In this document: in pieces, positions 22,444 through 31,185 of the stretch
Layout of the letters: the number at the start of each line of letters is the position of its first letter
Numbering within the stretch: the stretch's first letter is position 1
Virus record (IMG/VR): IMGVR_UViG_3300033182_000272
Location: 1-39,426 of that record
Origin: a virus
Strand: one strand, 5' to 3'
DNA length: 39,426 nucleotides
The notes under the pieces: model-generated
Database searches by the model: none
What the model was told of the DNA's origin: nothing
The model's input: the letters and a program-made list of their open reading frames with translations, nothing else
Translations under genes and position numbers: made by a program

Positions 22444-22655
22444 TGGAACCGAAGAAGCCGACCAAGAAGGCTGCGAAGAAGGCGACGAAGAAAGCGGTGG
22501 CGCCTACGCCACCGCCGCCCAAGCGTGAGCCTGTGTGGGACGTGAAGCGCGCCCAGTTCGACATGCAGAACCGTTGGCGGCCAATCATCGAAGAAGGCTA
22601 CGAGCCGTTCACTATTGACGGCGGCTGGATGTATCTAAGGAAGAAATTGGACTGA
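22443..22655 (+). CDS. Small protein 4 with a Lys-rich N-terminus (70 aa)
   Basis: TAATG coupling. MEPKKPTKKAAKKATKKAVAPTPPPPKRE, followed by a globular C-terminus. Confidence 0.6.
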   Translation: MEPKKPTKKAAKKATKKAVAPTPPPPKREPVWDVKRAQFDMQNRWRPIIEEGYEPFTIDGGWMYLRKKLD

Positions 22656-23146
22656 TGGGGGCATTCAGGGACCAGTCGTGGAGCAACAGGTACACGGCCA
22701 TGGGGGACGCTGCCGAAGCGCAGTGCGTGGCCTGGCTCGACAGCAACGACCGAGGGTGGGTGCGATACGGCCTAGACCGACCGCCTCTGCGCATGTCGAT
22801 GCTGCCCGAGTTCATCCGCCACACCCCTGACTTTCTCACCAGTGCCAGCCTCGTAGAGTGCAAAGGGTTCGGGCGGGACCAGCTCGGCAAGATCAAGATT
22901 GCCGACTGGGCATCGCTGATGCGATGGCACAAGATGCATCCCGTCGAACTGTTCTTCTACGACCAACACAACGAACGCTGCATCGTCGTGCCGTTCGACA
23001 AACTCCACCAGTCGGTGGCACACAAAGACAAGCGGATCCAGAAGGATCAATTCAACGACGACCCTCCCAAGCCATACTGGGCTTTCCCTGCCGACCTTCT
23101 GGCAGAGCTAGGCGAAACCCATGGGTCAATCACAACCGAGGCGTAG
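22655..23146 (+). CDS. PD-(D/E)XK nuclease resembling T7 endonuclease I
   Basis: HTPDFLTSASLVECKG compares with the T7 gp3 core TPDFLLPNGIFVETKG as I recall it. TGATG coupling. Confidence 0.6.
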   Translation: MGAFRDQSWSNRYTAMGDAAEAQCVAWLDSNDRGWVRYGLDRPPLRMSMLPEFIRHTPDFLTSASLVECKGFGRDQLGKIKIADWASLMRWHKMHPVELFFYDQHNERCIVVPFDKLHQSVAHKDKRIQKDQFNDDPPKPYWAFPADLLAELGETHGSITTEA

Positions 23147-23663
23147 ACGCCCCCGACCTTCCGTTGAGGATCGTGCTGCGCTGCAGGAGAAATGGGAGCG
23201 GATACTCGTGGCCGAGGGACTACCAGCGGAACCCAAGCGCCCGTTCATGCGGGATTCGAAGCAGGACGCCGACGGCGTCCGCCGTTGGCGTGGCCCTCGG
23301 GAGATCTCGTCAGACCTGATCGATGTGCTAGGATACGACGAACGTGTCCTCACAGCCACTGAGAAGCTCATGCAGGCCCCCCACGCCCCGCTGGGTGGGT
23401 ACACAGCCGAGAAGCTCCACGAGCTACGAGAGGCGCTCCTAGACGCCATAGAGGAGACATTGACGGCACGAGAGGCCGAAGCTCTCGTGTCGATCGTTCT
23501 CGGGCAAGACACCTACGAGTCCGTCGCACGCCGCATGAAACTGCCACGCAGCACCTGCTACCTGACAGTCGCACGAGGTTTGGACAAGCTCCGAGAGGTG
23601 CTAGAAGATGTGCCCGAAGTAGCGGAATACCTAGAACGACACACAGTAAAGGAAACCGAATGA
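23121..23663 (+). CDS. HTH protein with a sigma-70 region 4-like domain (180 aa)
   Basis: LTAREAEALVSIVLGQDTYESVARRMKLPRSTCYLTVARGLDKLREVL. No region 2-like segment was recognised. The start is uncertain. Confidence 0.6.
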   Translation: MGQSQPRRRRPRPSVEDRAALQEKWERILVAEGLPAEPKRPFMRDSKQDADGVRRWRGPREISSDLIDVLGYDERVLTATEKLMQAPHAPLGGYTAEKLHELREALLDAIEETLTAREAEALVSIVLGQDTYESVARRMKLPRSTCYLTVARGLDKLREVLEDVPEVAEYLERHTVKETE

Positions 23664-23959
23664 CATCAGCCATGGGATACTTCGACGGCCTCGGCACCAC
23701 AGCCGCAGCCGTCCAATACGACGGAACCGTGTACGGCGCACAACGCCTACAGGACTGGGTGCTAGAAGACGAACTGCCACCCGACTACGAACAAGACGAA
23801 GTCCGCAATAACACAGCGACCCTGTTCATCTTCAACAACCCGTTTGAGATCGAACCGACCGACTGGCTCGTCCACACCATCGAAGGCGACTGGCTCATCT
23901 TCGATGACGACAACATGCAAGACCTGTTCGAATACGTTGAGGAACACGAGGCGACGTGA
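23660..23959 (+). CDS. Hypothetical acidic protein (99 aa)
   Basis: ATGA overlap with the upstream gene. Confidence 0.55.
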   Translation: MTSAMGYFDGLGTTAAAVQYDGTVYGAQRLQDWVLEDELPPDYEQDEVRNNTATLFIFNNPFEIEPTDWLVHTIEGDWLIFDDDNMQDLFEYVEEHEAT

Positions 23960-24399
23960 GCAAAAACGACGAGACTGAGGAATGGCTGGAGATGCTGCAC
24001 CAGATGGGTGTCGACATCTGCAACACCCCCGCCGACCCTCAGCCCGTCGTACCCACAGACATGTCGGGCGCCTACATCACCGAAGACGGATACTGCGTCA
24101 CAGTCATGCGCTGGCCACCGTCATGGATCGCAGCGCTACGGATGCACCTGCGTCACCTAGACGACCACCCGTGCCCGATGGGCATGATCGCGATCATGCA
24201 GATCGCTCAAACAATCGAAGAGATGATGCGGCCAGCGGCAGCACCGCTGGCCCGCTACCTGATCGAAAACCCTGAACTAGCTGAACGTCACGAGATTGAC
24301 TTCGACCTGACCCCCGAAGAGATCCAAGACATCTTCTACCTGCGCAACGACGACTGGGTGTGGGAAATCGACTACGACGGCGGCTGCGACTGGGGCTGA
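23956..24399 (+). CDS. Hypothetical protein (147 aa); last gene of the plus arm
   Basis: GTGA overlap with the upstream gene. It is followed by the convergent-junction hairpin. Confidence 0.55.
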   Translation: MSKNDETEEWLEMLHQMGVDICNTPADPQPVVPTDMSGAYITEDGYCVTVMRWPPSWIAALRMHLRHLDDHPCPMGMIAIMQIAQTIEEMMRPAAAPLARYLIENPELAERHEIDFDLTPEEIQDIFYLRNDDWVWEIDYDGGCDWG

Positions 24400-24581
24400 G
24401 GCAGAACCTTCTGCCCGCCCAACAGCATCACAGCCAACACCACACCCGTCTTGCTAGCTTCCTGCAGAACAGCAGGATCAAACACGGCCTGCAGATCGTT
24501 CAGGTTGTGCGCCACAGCACACGCCAACGTGCCCTGCGAAAAAAACAGAGACGACGAAGTAACGTCTTTCTTGACTCCCAT
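24372..24581 (-). CDS. Hypothetical protein (69 aa) with one hydrophobic segment; last gene of the minus arm
   Basis: Strong AAGGGGAG RBS 7 nt upstream. Its 3' end overlaps the convergent plus-strand gene by 28 nt. Confidence 0.45.
   Translation of the reverse strand: MGVKKDVTSSSLFFSQGTLACAVAHNLNDLQAVFDPAVLQEASKTGVVLAVMLLGGQKVLPQPQSQPPS
24400..24415. terminator. Short palindromic hairpin at the convergence point
   Basis: GGCAGAA-CC-TTCTGCC. It is short, and its loop must open by one base pair. Confidence 0.3.
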
Positions 24582-24601
24582 GACAACTCCCCTTGTTGTG
24601 T

Positions 24602-24760
24602 TTAGACAGGACTGACAGCCCGCCGCACCGCCACAGTCGTGGCAGCCAGCGTGCCGATAGCGGCAGCCAACTCGCCACCGTCAAGATCCAGCCCGATGAT
24701 GGCGGCTACAGCCACAATCAGGTTGGCGATCAACACAGGTTCAGTACGAATCTTGGACAT
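24602..24760 (-). CDS. Small membrane protein (52 aa); holin-like candidate
   Basis: MSKIRTEPVLIANLIVAVAAIIGLDLDGGELAAAIGTLAATTVAVRRAVSPV. GAAAGG RBS. Too short to appear in the ORF track. Confidence 0.5.
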   Translation of the reverse strand: MSKIRTEPVLIANLIVAVAAIIGLDLDGGELAAAIGTLAATTVAVRRAVSPV

Positions 24761-24769
24761 GGTTGCCTT

Positions 24770-27700
24770 TCAGCTAAAGAAGTTCGGGTTCTGACGGCGA
24801 AGCTGTTCAGCTTCCCGATCACGTTCAGTGACCCGACGGAACGCAATCGGACTAATCCAGTTCACAATGTTCTGCAGATAGCGCTCTTCAGTCTTCGGGT
24901 CTTCAGCAGTCGGAACCAGCCGCCGTGCCGTGCCAGCCACAGGCAAGAACGACTCGGTCCAACGCATCCACGACGACTCGGCAGTCAACGCCCCGTTGTC
25001 GTCCCGTTCAAAGATTCCTGCCTTAGTCAAAGGCTCAACAAACGGGCCAAGCGCAACCCGCCAAGCGTTCGGGACGACTTCTCGTCGTCCGTTGTAGCTG
25101 GACTGGAAGAACGTGTCGTAGTCAGCCAGATACTCAAACGGCACCTTCACCTGAGGTGAAGTCATCGTCAAGATCGTGCGAGGATTAAACGTCGTGTCGA
25201 TCTCCGTGAACGGCAAGTCAGGCACCATGAAGACACTGTCGCCGCCAATGCTGAACGGCAACTGAATATGGAACCGTTCCTCAATGAACTTCGGGATGTA
25301 ATCTTCCGTCTCAGCGTCCCGCTCGATCTCCCGCTTCAACGAAGCAGTACGGTTGTAGATCTTCGGGTTCGTCAACATCATCTCAAGCTGCAACGGCAAG
25401 TTCTTGCGAGTCCATGTGTAGAACGGAATCACACGGCGAAGAAAGCCACGTTCAAACGCCGACAAGTCGGCGTAATCGAAGTGATACTTGTACACGTCGC
25501 TGACAGCAGCCGAAATGTTAGAACCGTTCATCAAACGGTCCATCGCCAACGTGCCACGAAGATAGTTCTCAACTGTCGTCGTCGGCTTCCTCAAAGCCGA
25601 CGTTGCTGCGTTGTTCGGGTTGAACGGGTTGACTGCATCCAGCCCCCTGCCATTGCGGATACGAGCAATGTCCTGAAGCTCCGTAGTCTGACCGCCAGAC
25701 AACACGCCGTAACGAATCATCTCTTCCATGGCTTCTACAGCGCGCTGGCCCTCTTCAGTGCGAGACGCACGCTTAGCAGCAGGGCTGGCACGCAAAGCCA
25801 AGATCTGTTCCTTGATGCCTTCACCCTTTGCCATCGAATCCCTGACAGGCCCAAACAGCACATGGAAACGCCTGTAGCTGTCGAGATCGACGCCAGCCAA
25901 AGCATTGTTGAAAACGCCGCCCATAAAGTTGCGGCTGTGGAAACCAATCGAAGCGATAGCCCACGACTTGAACAAGTCAGTGATCCTGTCCCACGTCCTC
26001 AAGAAGTTGTTCTTGCCTCGCGCCCCCATGATCTCGTTGATCTGAGACAACCCAACAGCGATCTCTTCAGGAACCTGGCCCGTAGAACCAATCGGCACAT
26101 GCCCGTCCAGCACCTTCGTAAGCATGGTCAAACGCTCAGGAATTTCCATGCTGTTGAACTTGTCTTGAAGCACATCAATTTCTGACCTAGTAGCCCTGCG
26201 AAGAAGGTCAGCAGTAGCCTGCTCAGCCTGCGCCTGTAGACGCAACGACTCCGCTACAGAAGCAGCTTCTTGCTCTGCAGCAAAGGTCCGAGCCACGTCA
26301 GCGTCAATCTGAGCATCGAGCCGATCAGCAGCCCGATAGATCTCGTCGGCCCTGTTACGCAGGGCCAACTCTTCTTGCTGCAACGGGAACGCTTCATCGT
26401 CAGCGGCGCGACGTGTCGATTCCAGATCGCGTTCCAACTGCCGAACCTTGTTGCGGTTCGCAATGGCTTGGGCACGAGCTTGCTGCAGGTCGCCCTGCAT
26501 GTTGCGACCCACATCGCCCAGAGCTTCAACCTCTTCAACTTTGTCGCTCATCAACTCCCAACGACGCATGCGGGCGCCTTCAAGGAAGGTGTCGATTGTT
26601 CGCACAAATTCAGATTCAGAAACAATTTTCACCTGCTTAGCTCTGAACTCTGATGCAGTCTTCAATGCTCTGTTGATTTGTTGAGTGAACTCGAAAGTGT
26701 CGCTCAACAATAGTTCTTGCTTCTGAATGGCTTCAGCCATGTCTGCGAGCACGTCAAACTCGTTGCTGATTTCATCAGCAAAGTCAGCAAGATCAACGTC
26801 AGGGTCTAGACCCATGGCCTTTAGCTGGTTGTTGTACGCACGTCGCCAAGCACCCAACAGCTGACCTGCACGGCCTCGCCATTGATTCATGGATTTCACT
26901 AGCTCAGGCGTAACTTCAGTGGTGGAATGAACGTTCAGGTCTTTAATTCGATCAACCATGTAATCGAACTCGTCAACAGCAGCAATCAAACGGTCTTGCA
27001 GAGTGCCGATGTTGCTAGGGACCACAGTGTCTGCATCGTGGAACTGCTGAGCTACTAGCCGCATCTTGTTTACAACATCACGAAGGCTAGGCGTAACAAA
27101 CGCCTCCATGTCAGTAACGTCGCCTTGAAAGACTTCGTAAGTGTCTGGTCGGGGGATGCGTTGCTGATAGGCCGCCTCTGCTTCTTCAAGGCCAGAGAAG
27201 TCAAAGAACGATCGACGCCTTGACTGCTCAACAGTAGCCTTGTCGATAGAAGACTTGACCACGCTTTCAGATGTAGGCACTTCCAGTTGAGCAGGAGACA
27301 ACGGGATTACGGCCCAAGTTCCTTTGTCGTGGCGAATCGTGTACAGGATCGAGTCGTGCCCTTGGGCACGCAACTCAGCAACGAAATCAGCAGCGATGCG
27401 AGACTGCAACACGTCCATCTGTGCATCAGGCAAATCGTTGCGGAACCAAGTGCTGGTCAGCGGGTGAACAAAGTCGTCAAAGAAGCCGCCAGCATTGTCC
27501 AGAATTGCTTTTTCGTTGCTAATGAAGGCTTCCACAGGGATGGAGTCGTTGTACCTAATTCCGTCTTCGATGCCGTCACGAATTAGGCCGATAACTCTCA
27601 TGAACTGATCGTCATCAAGCCCTGTGCCGACTCGGAAGCCCCTGCTGGCGTAAACCCTGTTGGTAAAGTTTTCGGCATTGATAGTCCGAACAATGTCGTT

Positions 27701-30700
27701 GCCTTCTTGCGCACGACCCCTAAGAACACTGACTATCAGTTCTCGGGAACCACTGATGTCAGTATCATCGAGCAAGTCGGACAAAACACCGAGAACCCGA
27801 GTATCACCTACCTGATCAAACAAGTCATCTACAAACTTGTAATGAGCATCACGGCTAGCAGGCCCAGCAAACTCAAACGCTGCCTCAAGATACGACTTAG
27901 GTCGACCCACAATCGTGCCGTCAGGCAACTTGCCAGTCATCAACTGCCAAATCTCGTCGGCATACGGAATGCCGACCGCCCGCAAATCTTCCAACCCGTA
28001 ATGCCCGTTCCTGAAAGCAGAATCAAGCACTTCGCCATGCAGCAAAGCTAAACCAGAACCCCGAGTTCTTTCGTTCCACGCCTGACTGTCAGGAACTGGC
28101 CTACCCAAATGGATGTCTTCAAGCGTGCCGCCAAACACCGCAGGGTTGTCTGAACGCACCATAAACCCGACAAGCCTGGCAGGATCGTGATCAGAAAACC
28201 CAGTTGAATACTGAACGTTCTGAGCAAGGTGCATGCCCAGATAAACGTCGATTTCGTGTACGTTTCTCTCGCCTGGCTGCGGCTTGTAGTTCAGATCAAT
28301 AGCTTCACGGTTCGCGCCTGTCCCGTGGAACCAAATCATTTGGTTGTCGCCGTAAGTCAAATAGCCCTTGCTGCTCGCAGCGAAACGCTCAATCGCCAAC
28401 TTGATTTCTTCCCGAAACTCAGGCGGGAACTCGTCGTCAAGCAACTCAACGATTTCGTCAAGCTCTTGCTGCAACTCGTCACGCTTAGCCTGAGCATCAA
28501 CAATGCGAGCACGAAGAGGCGACTGCATCGCCTCGTCAGCCGTAGCCACAACCTTCTTCTGAGCCTGAACAATCTCGTCCAAACTACGCTTCACGCCAAG
28601 AACCTTGTCGCGCACGGCACGAGCTTCTGTCCTGCCAATCGCCCGCTTCGGGACATTCGGCAAGTTCTCCAGCAAAGGCAACAACTCACGGTTCAAAGCA
28701 TCTAGGAACACAGCCTCCTCTTCAGGAGCCAGCCGATAAATCTGCTCCAACAACCGAGAAGCCCGAGCAGCCCTTGCCGAAGCCGCAACACCATTCCTCA
28801 CCAGATTTTCAGCCTGATCTCGCAACGCCTGCTGAGTAGCAACGTCGCCCACAGCCAAGAAGTAATCGGCTTCAGCCTGAGCAATCACGTCGTTCAACTG
28901 ACGAATCTCGGCGTTGATAACGTCAATCCGCTCCAAGAACTCAGGCGCTACTTCCAAACCGTCATCAACGGCAGAACCAATCTGCTCAATCTCCCTGTAA
29001 AGAAGATTGCGGCGACGGCCCAACTCGGCCAAGCCCTCCTTGATGCGTTCATAATTAAGTTCGTACCGTCGGGCAGCAGTTTCGGATTCCCGAGCAGCCA
29101 TCCTGATGCGGTCCAAAGCATCGTCAGTGCGCTGCTTCAAAGCATCCAACGCCTGCCGAGCCTGTGTAGCAGCCTCAAGGTAGTAATCGCCAGCGTCCCT
29201 GAACGGCTGCCCTGGGGTTGCCTCCAGCTTGACATCCCACAGCTCTGCCTGCACACGCCTAGCTTCTTCAGCCTCAGCCGCAGCCTTCTTGGCTGCGGCG
29301 TCGGCATCATCAGCTGCCTTAACCGCAGCGTCTCGCACCGCTTCCTGCTTAGCGTTCATCGCATGCAGATCCTGCAAGCGACGCTCAATGTTTCGTGCAG
29401 CTTTACTGGCCGCATACGCAGCTTCGTCACGAACCTCGCGCTCCAGAACAACGCCCATTTCACGCAGGTAGTTCTCAGCAAACTTGCCTTCTACCCGTCG
29501 AGAAAGAATGTTGATGTGCTGAGGCATCGCACTAAACAAGTCTTCATCGAACCACTTGTAGACCTGTTCGCCCTGCTCAGCCATCACATCTTCAAGATGC
29601 TGGAAAGCCTGCTCACGAGGCGTCAAGCCCTTCGAATGCTCGCTCTGCTTGACCAGAGTCAGACCCATAAAGTCTTCGCCTGGAACAATCTTGGCGCGCT
29701 TCTCAAACGTCTCAAGGTACGTCTGATCTTTCGAGTAGTTCGTTCGGGCCTTGCCGTGCCACACAGAAATCTCTGAAGAAGCAATAGAAGGCTGCCAACC
29801 CTCACGGAACCGAATCCACTCTGGAACTTCGGCGTCTACATCAAACTTGTTGATGTGGACTGCCTTGTTAGCTTCCAAACGAACAGACTCAGTAAAGTCT
29901 CTGAGTTCGTTCCACAAGTCTTCTGGGAAACCTGCAGGAGGGGCGTCGGCGCCCAAAGCGTCGTAAGCCTGCTTGCCGCTGATGTTCTGATCCAGCAGCT
30001 TGCGAGACAGATTGGCCCACTGCTTTTCCAGAGTGTTCTGAAGGTTACGGGCAACGCCTCGGGCAATGTTCGTTGCGTCCATCGCATGGAACGCATCGAC
30101 CCACAACTTGTCGCTCGTAGAAGGATCGCGCAACAGCTGCTTCAAAACCTTACGGTCACCGCCAAGAATGCCGCCCAGAGCGCTTCTGCGAAGCTTCTGG
30201 GCAATCGTGTTAACAGCAAACCGTGGCGTGAGCCGTAGCAGCCTGTTGTCGTGCGACAGCACCTGCAGGTAGAAAGGCTTGGCAGGGCCAGGGGTCAGAC
30301 GGCCCACTGTCTTCCCGAAAGGAACACGGAACTGCAAACCGCCCGTGAACGCTTCTCCTGCTTTTAGAGTGCCAAGTTCACGAGCAGAAGCGCTGATCCT
30401 GGCCAAGTCGTCGGCAGAAGCGGCTCGTGCGCCGCTGTTGAACACTCGTCGAGCCAACGGTGCATCGCCAGCCTGAATAGCTGCCCTGACCAGACCCATT
30501 GTGCCTTGCTTGGCCAACGGCAACGTGCCCAAAGTTAGCCAAGTAAACGGGTCGAAAACTACGTCGCCTACAAACCCAGCGATGTTGTCCAACGGCTTAA
30601 CGCCGAACAGTTCAACTTCGCCCAACCCTGGCGCCCACTCTTGGATAACGTCACCAAACCCGATGCCATCTCGGGTTTGGGTGTACAGCTCAGTAAACGA

Positions 30701-31183
30701 AAACTGCTGATCGGGATCAACAAGATCCCCGATCTCTTTGAGGGTTGAAACGACAGCTGCACGAGGCGTATCAATAGCCTTCAGCAAGCCCATTGCAGGC
30801 TGGACTAGATCGCCCCAACCAAACCCGTCGTCGCCGTCGTACTTGGAATCACCAAGCCAAGCATCAACAATGTTCTGAGTGATCTCAGGCGTCAGCGGGC
30901 TGCTGCCAGGCTGCCCTAGCTCTGGGAGTGTCGTTGAAGGCGGAGGAATGTCAAAGGCAGCGTCACGCTGCTTTTGAGCGATCTCGGCAAAGTCAATGTC
31001 TCCGACATACGATCCTGGGTCGTCAGGGTCGAACGTCGACAGCGTCGGGCTTTCTTCAATGATGCTTTGAACGCGTTCTTCGTCAACGCCATACCTGTTG
31101 GCGATTTCAGCAATGGCTTTGTCGAACTCGGTTAAGGGTTCATCGCTGCTGAGAAGATCAAACTCGTTATCTCCTTCAGCCAT
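24770..31183 (-). CDS. Giant virion-associated (internal/ejection-type) protein, 2137 aa
   Basis: One uninterrupted ORF in the gp16-equivalent position after two smaller internal-protein-like genes. It has long coiled-coil stretches. Confidence 0.75.
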   Translation of the reverse strand: MAEGDNEFDLLSSDEPLTEFDKAIAEIANRYGVDEERVQSIIEESPTLSTFDPDDPGSYVGDIDFAEIAQKQRDAAFDIPPPSTTLPELGQPGSSPLTPEITQNIVDAWLGDSKYDGDDGFGWGDLVQPAMGLLKAIDTPRAAVVSTLKEIGDLVDPDQQFSFTELYTQTRDGIGFGDVIQEWAPGLGEVELFGVKPLDNIAGFVGDVVFDPFTWLTLGTLPLAKQGTMGLVRAAIQAGDAPLARRVFNSGARAASADDLARISASARELGTLKAGEAFTGGLQFRVPFGKTVGRLTPGPAKPFYLQVLSHDNRLLRLTPRFAVNTIAQKLRRSALGGILGGDRKVLKQLLRDPSTSDKLWVDAFHAMDATNIARGVARNLQNTLEKQWANLSRKLLDQNISGKQAYDALGADAPPAGFPEDLWNELRDFTESVRLEANKAVHINKFDVDAEVPEWIRFREGWQPSIASSEISVWHGKARTNYSKDQTYLETFEKRAKIVPGEDFMGLTLVKQSEHSKGLTPREQAFQHLEDVMAEQGEQVYKWFDEDLFSAMPQHINILSRRVEGKFAENYLREMGVVLEREVRDEAAYAASKAARNIERRLQDLHAMNAKQEAVRDAAVKAADDADAAAKKAAAEAEEARRVQAELWDVKLEATPGQPFRDAGDYYLEAATQARQALDALKQRTDDALDRIRMAARESETAARRYELNYERIKEGLAELGRRRNLLYREIEQIGSAVDDGLEVAPEFLERIDVINAEIRQLNDVIAQAEADYFLAVGDVATQQALRDQAENLVRNGVAASARAARASRLLEQIYRLAPEEEAVFLDALNRELLPLLENLPNVPKRAIGRTEARAVRDKVLGVKRSLDEIVQAQKKVVATADEAMQSPLRARIVDAQAKRDELQQELDEIVELLDDEFPPEFREEIKLAIERFAASSKGYLTYGDNQMIWFHGTGANREAIDLNYKPQPGERNVHEIDVYLGMHLAQNVQYSTGFSDHDPARLVGFMVRSDNPAVFGGTLEDIHLGRPVPDSQAWNERTRGSGLALLHGEVLDSAFRNGHYGLEDLRAVGIPYADEIWQLMTGKLPDGTIVGRPKSYLEAAFEFAGPASRDAHYKFVDDLFDQVGDTRVLGVLSDLLDDTDISGSRELIVSVLRGRAQEGNDIVRTINAENFTNRVYASRGFRVGTGLDDDQFMRVIGLIRDGIEDGIRYNDSIPVEAFISNEKAILDNAGGFFDDFVHPLTSTWFRNDLPDAQMDVLQSRIAADFVAELRAQGHDSILYTIRHDKGTWAVIPLSPAQLEVPTSESVVKSSIDKATVEQSRRRSFFDFSGLEEAEAAYQQRIPRPDTYEVFQGDVTDMEAFVTPSLRDVVNKMRLVAQQFHDADTVVPSNIGTLQDRLIAAVDEFDYMVDRIKDLNVHSTTEVTPELVKSMNQWRGRAGQLLGAWRRAYNNQLKAMGLDPDVDLADFADEISNEFDVLADMAEAIQKQELLLSDTFEFTQQINRALKTASEFRAKQVKIVSESEFVRTIDTFLEGARMRRWELMSDKVEEVEALGDVGRNMQGDLQQARAQAIANRNKVRQLERDLESTRRAADDEAFPLQQEELALRNRADEIYRAADRLDAQIDADVARTFAAEQEAASVAESLRLQAQAEQATADLLRRATRSEIDVLQDKFNSMEIPERLTMLTKVLDGHVPIGSTGQVPEEIAVGLSQINEIMGARGKNNFLRTWDRITDLFKSWAIASIGFHSRNFMGGVFNNALAGVDLDSYRRFHVLFGPVRDSMAKGEGIKEQILALRASPAAKRASRTEEGQRAVEAMEEMIRYGVLSGGQTTELQDIARIRNGRGLDAVNPFNPNNAATSALRKPTTTVENYLRGTLAMDRLMNGSNISAAVSDVYKYHFDYADLSAFERGFLRRVIPFYTWTRKNLPLQLEMMLTNPKIYNRTASLKREIERDAETEDYIPKFIEERFHIQLPFSIGGDSVFMVPDLPFTEIDTTFNPRTILTMTSPQVKVPFEYLADYDTFFQSSYNGRREVVPNAWRVALGPFVEPLTKAGIFERDDNGALTAESSWMRWTESFLPVAGTARRLVPTAEDPKTEERYLQNIVNWISPIAFRRVTERDREAEQLRRQNPNFFS

Positions 31184-31185
31184 GT

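Noticed and set aside
23252-23260. TTCGAATCC (tRNA T-loop-like) on the minus strand
   Set aside because: The flanking bases cannot form a T-arm stem (CCTGC against CCCGC), and the site lies inside a coding gene. No tRNA-like cloverleaf was found anywhere in the window.
25268-26185. 305-aa plus-strand ORF antisense to the giant gene, along with other antisense ORFs between 26254 and 30710
   Set aside because: They have no RBS and an Arg-rich junk-like composition. They are embedded in a continuous 6.4-kb ORF on the other strand.
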